Of a stretch of DNA of 64,000 nucleotides, positions 43,942-57,875 are shown in pieces; position 1 is the first letter of the stretch; the number at the start of each line of letters is the position of its first letter. The notes under the pieces are model-generated. The model searched no databases, was not told the origin of the DNA, and worked only from the letters and a program-made list of their open reading frames with translations. Source of the stretch: Octopus bimaculoides (Eukaryota); the NCBI RefSeq assembly GCF_001194135.2, contig NC_068998.1, positions 1,426,716-1,490,715 on the forward strand, read 5' to 3'. Made by a program: the position numbers and the translations under genes.

Positions 43942-46144
43942 TGTATTTTATTTTACTGTTTTGTTTCATTAAAAAAAAATACGGTTTATATTTTGAATTA
44001 CATAAATATGGGGGCACAAAAATCTTTTAAGTGCTTAGGGTCTCTAGGGGCCTCTTAATCCAGCCCTGTCTATGCGTTTGAAGAGGGTTTGGATGTTACA
44101 ATCACAGAGGTTGTTATGAAGAGCTGAATGGCATTGGGTCTCTCACATACATCGGGACTTACAAGGCTTCCGAGTGACACAAAAGATGAGGGTGTTGGCA
44201 GAGGGATTGGTGTTGTAGAATTGGGAAGGGGTCAGTTATAAGTGTACTTATGGGAGATGACAGGAAATTAATGTCACACAGAGAAAGGGCGTATTTAAAA
44301 GTGCCAGGATGTTTACTTCTGGGAATTTCTAAGCAAAAGGTCTCTCATGTTATTTTTCTTTTGGTCTCTTTTGGGAGAGAAGAGAGCATTCAGAAGGTCA
44401 GCGCAAGGGAAGTAAAAGTACCGAAGGCTAGATTAAGGGATAAGGGGGCACCAACAGAAAAGGGGAAGGTTTGGAATAAAAGTGCAAAGACTATTAATCT
44501 GTGATTTGTGATGTCAGTATGGAGACTCCGTGCAAGGAAAATGTGGGGCATTTTAAGGAATTTGGAGCGAAAATCCAAGTGTGGCCTACACAAGAGAGTG
44601 AGATGGACAGGAATTGTGGAAGAATGAGATGACAGTTGTGTAGGGGCCAAAGTAAGTTGAAAGAGGAGGGAGTTTAATAGGGAAATATGACGGTTGCTGA
44701 TGTGGGAGTGGTGGTAGTAGTAATGGAACGAGGATCTGTTACTGCAGGTAGTAGTAGTAGTAGTAGTTACGTTGGCAGTGGTTGTGATGATGATGATGGT
44801 GGTGGTGGTGGTGGTGATATTGGCAGAAGGGAAAGTGGGAGTGATAAATGGCGATGGCAAAGATGATAGTGGTTATGATGGTGGTGACTGTGATGACTAC
44901 GGTGACAGCTTCTGCTGGTAGTGGTGCTGGTGGTGTAAGCAATCCAAAGTACAAAAGAGTTGGGTGGGGAATAAAGGTTGTATCAGTGACGGATGATGTA
45001 GTTGGCGGCGGCGGTGGTAGGGCCAGCAGTGATGGTGGTGGCGAAGATGGCGGAGGCAATTGTGGTCGTGGTGGCAGTGATGAGTAAGGAGATGGTGCTG
45101 GCGGCGGGGTGGTAGGAACTGGTGTTGGTGCTGGTGGTAGTAGGTTGTTAGAAACAGAAGCAGTAATGATGTTTGTAGTAGTAGTAAGAAGAAGAATGGT
45201 GGTGGTGGTGGTGGTGGTGGGAAGCTGCTGTTATTGGCATGGCATATTGTGATGAGGGTGGTCTCATCTCTGATAATGATGATGTTATTGGAATGATCTG
45301 AAGACCAAGGAGTGCTGGTGATGATGATGATGATGATGATGATGGTTGGTGGGGGGGTCGAGGGGAGAGGAGTGGATTACCTGCCATAAGGGTGCGTCTC
45401 TGAACCCTGGTAATGGATATAAAGTTGGCTATATAAACATCCGGGGAGTTGTAACCACGGCCCCCACCCCCCACTGCATACAAATAGGGCACCCTCCCCT
45501 TCAATCCCTCACCCCCACACCCTGCTCTACATTCCCCCAGAATGAATAAAAACAAAAGTTTTCGAGAACGTTCCACATAGACGTGCACGAATATAAACAC
45601 GCATCAGATTGCACTTTTACCAACGGGTGTATACAGGACTGATGATTATACACGCTTACACACACACACACACACACACGTACACACTCTTATATGTATA
45701 TGTAGATACATATGTGTGAGTGTATGCATGTATTGAAACAAATACGTGTGTATACATATATAAACACATGTATATATATGTATGTTTATGTATCTATACA
45801 TACATATGTATGTATAGACACATATATACGTGTGTGTGCAAGTCCTATTAGTGTAACCAAGCAGGGGTGCCACTCTGTTGACATTTCCCCGTTCACTCAG
45901 ACTCCTGCCTGTCATTGACCCCGACTCACACACACACACACACACATTCTATCTTTTTTTTTTTCAAAGACAAATCTACATTGGCTCAGTCAATGTGGCT
46001 GCTAATGGGCATCAATTGGGTGTAGTAAATAAGTTAAAGGCCAACATTGTATTCATTGTATTCTTTTGTGCCGTCCATATGTTTATATAAGAATTACCGA
46101 TGGTGGAGTCTGAAATTTCTTTTGGTGTAGGGGTGGGGTAGGGG

Positions 46145-46297
46145 CTAGTGCATTGCATCAAACCCAGAATTCATCGACCCACGAAAGGATGAAAGGCAAA
46201 GTCGATCTCGACGGAATTTGAACTCAGAACGTAAAGACAGACGAAATGCCGCGAAGCATTTTGTCCGGTGCTAACGACTGTGCCCGCTCACCGCCTT
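46145..46297 (-). mobile_element. SINE family C (similar minus-strand copy at ~52265-52412)
   Basis: gaaaggatgaaaggcaaagtcgatctcgacggaatttgaactcagaacg is the reverse complement of the family C core. Confidence 0.75.
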
Positions 46298-46734
46298 AGT
46301 AGTAACAACAACAATATTAATGATAATAATAATAATAATAGAAGAAGAAAACGATCCGTTTCAAACGGAGGTTACTGAGTTGGTGATCCCTACTCTAAGT
46401 AACCCCAAGGCAGTTAATGGTGGCAGAGTACAGCTGACCTGAACTTAGTGACCTCTCAGCACCGTGCTCAGTTCTTTACACCTGTAAAAATTTTGTGATT
46501 GATTAGCGTAGGTAGACGAGGAGGAGGAGGATATATCGGGTTTCTACTTAGCGCCATGGAACCCTGAATAAATGTTAAGTACATTTGACCTTCTTAAACG
46601 GAAGGGACCCAAAGGAACAGACTATGGTTTATCAGAGTTTATGACACAGAAATTCCTTCCTGGAATTCAAATACGTGTCTCACTTGACCATTTCCCAAGA
46701 TTTTTTCCACATCGTCAAAAGGAAGACATTCACC

Positions 46735-46900
46735 ATTATGTGTCGGTGTCGGTGTGTTTATGTCCCCGTAACTAAGCGGTTCGGCAAAAGAGACGGATAT
46801 AATAACTACTGGCGTCGATTCGTTCCCCCCAAAACTCTTCAAGGCGGTGCCCCAGCATGGCCGCAATCTAATGAATGAAACAAGTAAAAGAGAAGATAAA
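46735..46900 (+). mobile_element. SINE family A, 3' half (other tail fragments at ~1335-1396, 3180-3250, 20383-20478 on + and 47610-47720 on -)
   Basis: ggcggtgccccagcatggccgca..tgaaacaagtaaaaga motif shared by all of these fragments. Confidence 0.7.
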
Positions 46901-47808
46901 AGGAGTTGGAACTTGGAACGCTGCATACCAAACATACGGTTGCTGCTGCTACTACTACTACTACCATCACCACCACCACCACCGCCGCCACCACGACCAT
47001 CAGCATCATAATTACTACTACTACTACTACTCAGTACTCTCTAAGCTGAGGGATGGAACGATGGGAAAGGTTATGAGAGAAGAAAGACTGACGGATCGAG
47101 ATTCAATAAACAAATAAATGAAAATAGTAAAAAAAAAAAAAAAGTGAAATAAGTGACTTTGGTGTCAGGAGAAAAGCGAAAGCCAAAACAAGGAACGTTG
47201 ATGCAGAATGTGGGTCAGTTAACGCGCTGCCAATCTTGGTTCTACCATTTCACAAATTGTTGTTTCCTTATGAAAATAGAAGGAGGGGGGGGGCAAGTAT
47301 TCCAGTGAAAACCCAGCCATCTCTCTCTCTATCTCTCTCTTCAGTCAGTCTTTCTTTTCTATGTGTGTGTGTGAGAGAGAGAGAGAGATCCTTGTATCCA
47401 TGACTCGTAAGGGAGGGTTGGGGGCGACAGATTTGTTGTTTCCTTAACCTATTAAGAGCTGCTTGCAGAAAAGTCCCCCACGACACCTAGGAATGGTTGT
47501 GAAGTGATAACTGTGGTAGTGGTGATGACGACGGCGAAGGCGGTGGTGGTGGTGGTAGTTGTTGAGTTGGTGGGGGACGACAGTTCCATCCAACAAATAT
47601 TTGGTTACGACTTCTTTTATTTTTGTGATAATACTTTTGCTTCCATGTCACACGCGACCAAGCTGGGGCACCGCCTTTAAGATATTTGTCGACCATATCG
47701 ATCCCCGTATATATTTTAAAGTATCGTACTTCTTTTATCTCTGTTTCTGTCTGTCTCTCCCATTCTTACATTTCAGGGATACGAACGTTTTTATACATGT
47801 GTGTGCAT

Positions 47809-47858
<50 letters not shown>

Positions 47859-48532
47859 NNNNNNNNNNNNNNNNNNNNNNNNNNNNNNNNNNNNNNNNNN
47901 NNNNNNNNNNNNNNNNNNNNNNNNNNNNNNNNNNNNNNNNNNNNNNNNNNNNNNNNNNNNNNNNNNNNNNNNNNNNNNNNNNNNNNNNNNNNNNNNNNNN
48001 NNNNNNNNNNNNNNNNNNNNNNNNNNNNNNNNNNNNNNNNNNNNNNNNNNNNNNNNNNNNNNNNNNNNNNNNNNNNNNNNNNNNNNNNNNNNNNNNNNNN
48101 NNNNNNNNNNNNNNNNNNNNNNNNNNNNNNNNNNNNNNNNNNNNNNNNNNNNNNNNNNNNNNNNNNNNNNNNNNNNNNNNNNNNNNNNNNNNNNNNNNNN
48201 NNNNNNNNNNNNNNNNNNNNNNNNNNNNNNNNNNNNNNNNNNNNNNNNNNNNNNNNNNNNNNNNNNNNNNNNNNNNNNNNNNNNNNNNNNNNNNNNNNNN
48301 NNNNNNNNNNNNNNNNNNNNNNNNNNNNNNNNNNNNNNNNNNNNNNNNNNNTATATATATATATATGGAAAAAAAAGAGATGTATTCCCACGCAGGAAAA
48401 AAATCTAGTAGAATTTGTTTTGAAAAGGCACCTGAATTTGAAAAACTTGTAGTTGTTTTTAAATATATTTATACACGCACACACGCGTACGTACACACAC
48501 ACACGTACGTACACACACACACACACATGGTG

Positions 48533-48750
48533 CATGCTCGTAATACCTTGTCTTCGACAAAAAATCATACAAGGTCAGAAAATATGGATCAATTGATATA
48601 TTTGACCTCTCAATGAGTTCACGGATTCTCAATGACAGTGCTGGCATATGTGATCCAATAGGCCTGTCCTTGTTAGACGCTTACTAAAATTAAACATTCC
48701 TTGATCTCAATGTTGAGTTATTCCGAGACGATGGATTAGCCGCGACGATC
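48533..48750 (+). mobile_element. Penelope-like element reverse-transcriptase fragment (Naiad-like)
   Basis: HARNTL/DKKSYKVRK..DIFDLSMSS..DSAGICDPIGLSLL..NVELFRDDGLA, cf. HARKSLLF..W.KK..FDVTMGS.DGAEICELVGLY.L..GLYRDDGLA. Confidence 0.65.
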
Positions 48751-49093
48751 TAAATAGATGTGTGTTGGCTTTTGAATGTTACATTTTGATATCACTGTGT
48801 GATTGATTATCTCTCTATTTATTTTGATATCATTATGTGATTGGTTTGTTTACTGAAGCTGTGATAACAAGGTTGGTGGTGGCAAGGAATAGGTTGGTTG
48901 GAGGAGAGAAGATTGACAACAGTAACAATAACAATAACAACAAAAACAACAATATCAATATCAGGATTAGAAAAGAGGAAGCAAGAAAAGGAACAAAATG
49001 TACAAAATAAATTGCTATTTATATATACATACGCACACATATATATGGATGTGAATGTTTACTCATGTGTATATACTCACAAATATATATATA

Positions 49094-49125
<32 letters not shown>

Positions 49126-49904
49126 CACACACATACGGGTATATGTGTCTGTGTGTGTATATATACACAAACGCATTTATGTATATATGTACACACACAC
49201 AAATACACATGTGTGTGAGCGTGTGTTCATACTCAGATACATTAACGTATTTTCTCTGAAGCACAGAAACACACACACACACGCATACATATATATAGGC
49301 ACATACACACGTGTTTGTATCTTCGCAGAAAGAATGGCGGTGTGGATGGTTTAATGGTGGCCATTAATTTGTTTGATTAATTTATTTGGAAGAGTGACAA
49401 GTTTAAGAGTAATTAGACATTGATTGGTGTTGTTGACCAATGGAATGGAACAGACATAGTTGGGGGTCTTTTGGTGCAAAGAGGAAGAGGAAGGATAAGG
49501 AGGGTAGAGAAAGAGGGGCAGACAAGAAAGATAAGGGAAATAAGAGAGAAGAAATAATGGGAGAGAAGAGAAAGAGGGGTGAAAGAGAAGAAGTGAAGAA
49601 GCTGAAAAGAAAGAGAGGAGGAAAGAAAGAAGGTAAAGAGAAAGCGGAGAGGAGAAAGAAGAGGGAAATGTAAGCGTTGACATCGTTATTCCTTCGAAAA
49701 GAGAAGAAAGTTACTGGCTAACTCCAGCGATATGATTTCGAGTTCCGAAATGAGGTTTAAGTTACGGCCGGTGACAATTCCGGACAAGTTTCGGTTTTAT
49801 TCTCCCTCTTTCCAGAGCAGCAAACTGGTAGATATGTTAGTGCGTCAAACAAAATGCATAACAAGATTGCTCTTTACGTCCTGTATCTATGTATGTATGT
49901 ATGT

Positions 49905-49962
<58 letters not shown>

Positions 49963-50895
49963 GTGTGTGTGTGTATGTAAATATATATATGTACTTATAC
50001 ATGCATATACAAGCGTACACGTATATACATACATTAACAAAATACACACACGCATGCAATATTTGAATTTGAATTTTTATTCCGATTTTCATTGCCTAAA
50101 ATTTCCACAGAAGCGAAAGCGTCTGATCTTTCGAACGATTCAGAACTGGATGATAAGACGGTCATAACTTCGAAACACAATAGATGCCACTGGATCGTGA
50201 GTGGGGATTATTTTCATGGGTCAGTGCAGATCCTGTAAGACAATCGTTAACTCGATGCATTAGTCGAATGGAACTGCAGCGCTGCCGTTGTCTGCATCCA
50301 TCCATACATCCATCCATCTATTTGCCGGTCTTTCTGTCTGTTTTCTGTCTCATTCTCAGCGTTGTCTCGCTCTGTCACGTTTTTTTACGAAGCCGTGTCT
50401 TCTAGCACGAACTTATGCGCGCACGCACACGCACACACACGCTCTCTCTCTCTCTCACACACACACACATGCTCGTTACGTTGTCATACATATTCATTCA
50501 CTCTCTTGCACTTTCTCCAATGCCACCACCATCACCAACCCCACCATGCCACCACTGTAAACAGAATCTAGTCTCCTTAACCCTGGCTAGATTCGAACCA
50601 ATTCCCTCGGGGGTTCCACCTTTTCCGATACGTCTAATCGTTGCTGCTTTCTCAGATCTTCAAATTGTTCTACTCCAGTTTTTGTAGCTTTCTACGTTAT
50701 TCCAGTCACACACTCACGCGCACACACTCACGCACGCACACTCACACACACGCACAATGCAAACTCACATACAGAGGGCAAAACGTGACACATACAACCA
50801 AAAACGCATTACGCGCGTATAGACATACAAGCAGGCATACACACATACATACACAATATATACCAATTTATACATATACATATATATATATATAT

Positions 50896-50947
<52 letters not shown>

Positions 50948-51253
50948 GGGAGGGAGAGAAAGAAAGAAAGAAAGACTGGTGAAATTTACCAACCAATAAC
51001 CAAATCTAACCGGCATTTATGTCGGCTACTATTAAATGCACGCGCGCGCGTGTGTGTGTGTCGCGCGCGCGTCTGTCTGCTTGTGTTTGTATTTTCCGAA
51101 CCTCTGAGCTGCCGATATACCTTTGTGTTGCTGCGTTTCTCTTGTATTTAATCACCAACGTTACGCCATTTTGACACACCTGACTGGCTCTAAGGATCGA
51201 CGTATCAAAATTCTTTTATTCTAACATTTCTCAACTAAAATCATTAGTTATAT

Positions 51254-51333
51254 ACACCTGGCAATTAGTTACTTACACATGGCAATTAGATATATATACA
51301 CCTGGCAATTAGTTATTCACACCTGGCTATTTG
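51254..51333. repeat. Four spaced copies of ACACCTGGCAATTAG
   Basis: Copies at 51254, 51275, 51298 and 51319 (last one degenerate). Confidence 0.85.
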
Positions 51334-52667
51334 TGGTTATTGTCTAAACATCAATCAACCGCCTTTCATTAAAATGTCTTGTTCCGGAAATTTGTGATGA
51401 TTTATCTCCCTTCGCAACAGCCCCTTTGCTTTCTGCTTGGTTGGACAAAACCCGGTAACGCTCGATTCCCCTCGAATTCTCTGTCTTCAAATACTCGTTA
51501 TCTCTTATATAAATATGTTAATCGGCCTTAGAAGATATTCATTTCGTCTTCTGTTTCTGATTTACTACCATGTCTCCTAGAAACGCAAGACTTTATAGAA
51601 TTATCTCTCACACTTTAGTCATTTTTGAATTTTAGTTATAGTTTAAAATTTTTATCTATTTTCAATCCAAATTTTAAACAGAATTCTAAAACCGTAGCTT
51701 CTCTGATCTTTCTAAACTATTCCGAATTAACTTCTTCAAAAAGACAATTTTTTTTCAATAACCCAACACATTTTGTAAAAAAATTTTTCGAGGAATTTTC
51801 GCATCGTAATTCTTTTTAAAATATACGATAAATTTCTAAACTTTGCATCTTTATTAAACATTCCTCATACCCTAATCCTTAAATATAGGTTTAAACGTCT
51901 ACAATATATAATTAGTCCCTTCGCCCAACTAAATCTATGTTCGTCTTTTTTCAATTTTGTGCTTTCATTTTCTTTTTATAAATTTCATTCACTCTCCGAT
52001 TCTTTTCCTCTTTCTTTCATTCTAAACTTTTTCTTCATGTCGTATACAAAATTCTCACCTGAAGAGAACATAAAAATAATCAAAACAAATTTGCAAAACC
52101 TGTTTGAATAAATAAATTATTTAATTCTATTTCCTACGTTTCAAAGCAAAAAGGCTTTCCTCGAATTCAAAGCTGAAATGTTTAAGTTCGAAAGCCAAAA
52201 GCGCGGACGAATAGCAAAATTATATTTGGTAATATTGGTTTCAAATCTTGGCACAGGGTCAGCATTTTCTGGGGGAGGGGGTGGGGGGTAGTAGGTCGAT
52301 AACATCGAACCCGGTACTTTCCGAGAGGATGAAAGGCAAAGTCGACATCGGTGGAATTTGAACAGTTGAAATGCAGCTGAGTGGGTTAACGATTCGGCCA
52401 GTTCGCCGCCTTGACAACAACAACAACAACAACAACAACCACAACAGCAACAACGACAGCAGTGTACATTTGGTCAACCAATAGACTGATGTCTCTTTCC
52501 AAGACCTTTGCTGTGTATCAGCATCGAGAAGGCATTTGGTATTGAAGAACGAGAGATTCGATATCTATTCCACGAGGAATGTCTGTTATTGGTTCATTCC
52601 AATAATCTATATTCACGATGCACTGAGGCTCTTACCATCGATTTTTGGTCGAGAAATTATGCACTAA

Positions 52668-52705
<38 letters not shown>

Positions 52706-53089
52706 TGTGCGTGCGTGTGCGCGCGTGTCTTTCTCCGTGTGTGTGTGAATAATTGTGTTAGTGTGTTTAATAAATTTGTAGTTGCCTTGGTTAAGATGTT
52801 TGCTTCGGAGTCACGTGGTCCCGAGTTCAATTCCAACTTGGGTGACATTTACACCAGCCCCGAATTTTATCCCGTTGAAATTCAGGAAATGGAAATAGTG
52901 TGGAAGCCCACAAAATATATTTCCCCTTCTAATTCAAAGGACCAGCATGTCATACACTATTCTCTGCCGATTTTACCTGAGGATTACATTAAGGGTACAC
53001 ATTGCGGAGTAATCGTCTGAAACAGAGATGGTGGGCTTGTTGGAACACTCACCTACACACACTTACACACACACACATACGTGTATATA

Positions 53090-53145
<56 letters not shown>

Positions 53146-53495
53146 TAAATAGATATATACACATACACACACACGCATACACATACATACATGCATGCAT
53201 ACATACATACATACATACACGGACGCACAGACATGAACACAACATGCATGTATGCTACACATACATACATGAACGCATGCCATATGTACATCATATACAC
53301 ATATATACATCACATTTATTCATAATTACACAAGGGATAAAGTATTTTGTTGAGAATGTCTTAGACAAGCTGACTCCAAATATTAGTTGGCCTTGATTCA
53401 ACCGGATGTAGCGTAGAGAATACGATTGAAAACGAGGCACCGGAAGTGTAATTTGCTGCGCTTGTTTGTTTGGAGGGGACAAGATTGGTAAGCAC

Positions 53496-53543
<48 letters not shown>

Positions 53544-53983
53544 TTCCAATATTGGTACACGGACAGACATATGGCCGGGGAGTTACATTGCTGCTTTAAT
53601 CAACCCTGTCACCACCACCACCACCACCGCGAACGCTTGACTGCTATATTTGTATCGTCGACCCCGATTGGTTGAAAAAGAAGAATCAAGTGCGGCAAGA
53701 TTTGAGATAAAAAGATAAAGGGACATAACTCGATATTAAATGTTTCCTCGCTGGTCGTTTTTTCAGTCTGCTCTTTGCCCTTACCATGAGTACTTTATTT
53801 GTTGGTGGGAAGGAAGAGTTGAGAGTCGACCGACCAAACCGAGAGAGTCTTCGACTTGGTTGTTTTGTTTATATGGATTCGAGAAAAAAAGATAAGTAGA
53901 GGCCATCTCGGCCAGATTTGAACCAAGGATGCGAAGAGAACTAGCTGAACTATACCGTCTCAACCAATCAACCTATTTACTAA

Positions 53984-54023
<40 letters not shown>

Positions 54024-54437
54024 CTCGAAATTGGCATACGTATACATGCCTGCATATCATATACATAGAAACGTTTATGCATTCGCGCAATTTCACTGAT
54101 TTCGCTAATGTATTTCTCCGTACTATGTCGTTCTCAGTGCATGACGACGACGACGACGACGATGAAGATGATGATGATGATGAAGGTTATACAATATATC
54201 ATCTCCACCGTTGGTGAAGTTTTGCCGTTGTACATCAGTATTTTGTGTGTTACTGGCACAGCCACAGAAACAGTTCAAAAAGCTTTGGAACGAGGCATTT
54301 CTTTTAATGTGTAACTGTGTGTGTGTGTGTGCGTGCGTTTGTATATTTGTGCATGTATGTGTGTGTGTGTGAGTCTATATGTGTGTAGTGAATAAATATA
54401 GAGAGATATAGACACACACGCACACGGACATCTTTTT

Positions 54438-54682
54438 GTTTTATCTTCTACTTGTTTCGGTCATTGGACTGCGGCCATGCTTGAGCAGTGCCTTGAAAGG
54501 TTTTAGTCGAACAAATCGACTGCAGCACTTATATTTTTTTTAAAAGTTGCACTTATTCTATCGGCCTCTGTTTTGACTAATTGTTAGTCTATGGGGACGT
54601 AAACACACCAACACTGGTTGTCAAGCGGTGGTGGGGGACAAGCATAGATACAAAGACATACGCACACATACATAGATACACG

Positions 54683-54716
<34 letters not shown>

Positions 54717-54856
54717 CAACAGGCTTCTTTCAGTTTCCCTCTGCCAAATCCACTCACAAGGCCTTGGTCGACCCTAGGCTTTAGTAGAAGACACTTGCCC
54801 AAGGTGCCACGCACGTTGTTGGGGAGCAAACCTCCTACCACATACCCATGCCTGCG
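54438..54856 (-). mobile_element. SINE family A, near full length
   Basis: tacttgtttcggtcattggactgcggccatgc ... ggcttctttcagtttcc ... ttgcccaaggtgccacgca. Confidence 0.8.
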
Positions 54857-55195
54857 TCAAGTAAACGTCTTACTATCCTTTCCGGACTGAGCAGCTGAAC
54901 CGAGACTTGCCCCTTTTTCCATATCAATACATACATGCAAATTTCCCCAGAAATACAATGTAAAAATATAATCTGATACATGCGTATTCTATATACTTGT
55001 AAATCCCAGCGAGGTGTGTGTGTATGCGTGTCTGTGTCTGTGCGCGTGCGTCAGTGTGTGCGTGTGCGTCAGCATGTGTGTGTGTGTGTTTGTGTGTGTA
55101 TGTGTGTGTGTGTATGTGTGTGTGTGTGTGTGTCTATAGAAAGAGAGAAACAGACAGACACACACACACACACTAACACTCAGACAGACAGACAT

Positions 55196-55281
<86 letters not shown>

Positions 55282-55810
55282 GGATGGATAGTCAGACAGT
55301 CAGGTAGGTAGATGGATGTATTTACAGGCATATAGTGCATCAGTTAATTGAAAGCAATATTCTCCACTTCCGATAACTTCGTATCGTAGTACTTTCTTCA
55401 GTAAATAACCAATGAGATCTCATAAATTCATGTACCACATGAAAGATTTGACTTGACTAAAATAGTATTTTGTATTGCAGAAACATGTACGAGCTTCAGT
55501 TGACGTCTGACAGTGCAGTGACAAGAGGAGAGAGTGTGTGTGTGTGTGAGACAGAGAGAGAGAGAGAGAGATAGAGAGAGAGTTTTATGATCACAACAGC
55601 TCTGATCCGCCCAAGCACTACATCGGAAATTACTTTTTGATAATGCCATCATCCTGTATCAGATCAAAGACCGTAGCCTTTGGAGAAATGGGAAATAGTA
55701 GAAGCCACAGTTGTGAATTTGTAATTTCCCGCCCAACCAACAAACAAGACACTGGAAGAGAACACCATCTCCAACTTTACAGCACATACACACTGATGCT
55801 TATACATACA

Positions 55811-55852
<42 letters not shown>

Positions 55853-56499
55853 NNNNNNNNNNNNNNNNNNNNNNNNNNNNNNNNNNNNNNNNNNNNNNNN
55901 NNNNNNNNNNNNNNNNNNNNNNNNNNNNNNNNNNNNNNNNNNNNNNNNNNNNNNNNNNNNNNNNNNNNNNNNNNNNNNNNNNNNNNNNNNNNNNNNNNNN
56001 NNNNNNNNNNNNNNNNNNNNNNNNNNNNNNNNNNNNNNNNNNNNNNNNNNNNNNNNNNNNNNNNNNNNNNNNNNNNNNNNNNNNNNNNNNNNNNNNNNNN
56101 NNNNNNNNNNNNNNNNNNNNNNNNNNNNNNNNNNNNNNNNNNNNNNNNNNNNNNNNNNNNNNNNNNNNNNNNNNNNNNNNNNNNNNNNNNNNNNNTATAT
56201 ATATATATATATATGTTTGTGTGGTGTGTGTGTGTGTCGGGGCGATGATTATGATGCTGCACTCATGATCGTGAGATCGCGGTTTCAATTCCTGGACCGG
56301 GTGTTATATTCTTGAACAAACCACTTCATCTCACGGTGCTCTGCGATCATTTCAACACTTGACACGGTGCTACACCGTGTACCTGTTCAACCAACGTGGA
56401 TTTGCTGGAGCGAATGTACAGTACAAGCATTTGATCACCATGAACTCATCATATGTGCTGGTTGTGTTAAAACACACCTAACGTCTGAAAGTAATTTTT

Positions 56500-56864
56500 T
56501 TATTAATCGTATTATTGCGCCCGCGAAAAACATGCTCAGCTCATTACAAGTTAATCCATGACCAGTCTGGAGCATTTCATAAATTTCTGTAGCATTTTTT
56601 TGCCCAGTTAAACACAAGACTTTATTGCATAGCGAGAATCCAAATAGGGAGCATCCAACTGCAAACTAGTCAGCTATGACAAACAGTGTTTAGTCGGGTG
56701 TGTCGAAAATGGTCCTGCAGCCATCTCCGTCCAACTGGAAAAACAAAAGTTGGCAGGTCAGCTTATTGGATGCACAGTAATGTTCTACTAAGATTACAAT
56801 AATCTGAAACAGTTATAAAGACATCGCCTTACAAAGTCTCAAAACTTCTGGAATGCACTTCGTA
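56500..56864 (-). mobile_element. Second, older mariner: 5' TIR plus start of transposase
   Basis: TA-CGAAGTGCATTCCAGAAGTTTT end; decayed RYAIKSCV*LG-KNATEIYEMLQTGHG resembles the mariner N-terminal HTH (QRYAIKFC.KLGK.ATE.Y.ML). Confidence 0.6.
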
Positions 56865-56994
56865 CATATGATTTATTCTTTAAAAATTTTCAACAGTTTT
56901 CGTTATAACAAATATTTTTATGTATATATAGGCATGTGTATATGTTTCTATGTTTAAACATTCATGCAAGCATGCATACATACATATATATAAT

Positions 56995-57031
<37 letters not shown>

Positions 57032-57841
57032 NNNNNNNNNNNNNNNNNNNNNNNNNNNNNNNNNNNNNNNNNNNNNNNNNNNNNNNNNNNNNNNNNNNNN
57101 NNNNNNNNNNNNNNNNNNNNNNNNNNNNNNNNNNNNNNNNNNNNNNNNNNNNNNNNNNNNNNNNNNNNNNNNNNNNNNNNNNNNNNNNNNNNNNNNNNNN
57201 NNNNNNNNNNNNNNNNNNNNNNNNNNNNNNNNNNNNNNNNNNNNNNNNNNNNNNNNNNNNNNNNNNNNNNNNNNNNNNNNNNNNNNNNNNNNNNNNNNNN
57301 NNNNNNNNNNNNNNNNNNNNNNNNNNNNNNNNNNNNNNNNNNNNNNNNNNNNNNNNNNNNNNNNNNNNNNNNNNNNNNNNNNNNNNNNNNNNNNNNNNNN
57401 NNNNNNNNNNNNNNNNNNNNNNNNNNNNNNNNNNNNNNNNNNNNNNNNNNNNNNNNNNNNNNNNNNNNNNNNNNNNNNNNNNNNNNNNNNNNNNNNNNNN
57501 NNNNNNNNNNNNNNNNNNNNNNNNNNNNNNNNNNNNNNNNNNNNNNNNNNNNNNNNNNNNNNNNNNNNNNNNNNNNNNNNNNNNNNNNNNNNNNNNNNNN
57601 NNNNNNNNNNNNNNNNNNNNNNNNNNNNNNNNNNNNNNNNNNNNNNNNNNNNNNNNNNNNNNNNNNNNNNNNNNNNNNNNNNNNNNNNNNNNNNNNNNNN
57701 NNNNNNNNNNNNNNNNNNNNNNNNNNNNNNNNNNNNNNNNNNNNNNNNNNNNNNNNNNNNNNNNNNNNNNNNNNNNNNNNNNNNNNNNNNNNNNNNNNNN
57801 NNNNNNNNNNNNNNNNNNNNNNNNNNNNNNNNNNNNNNNNN

Positions 57842-57875
<34 letters not shown>

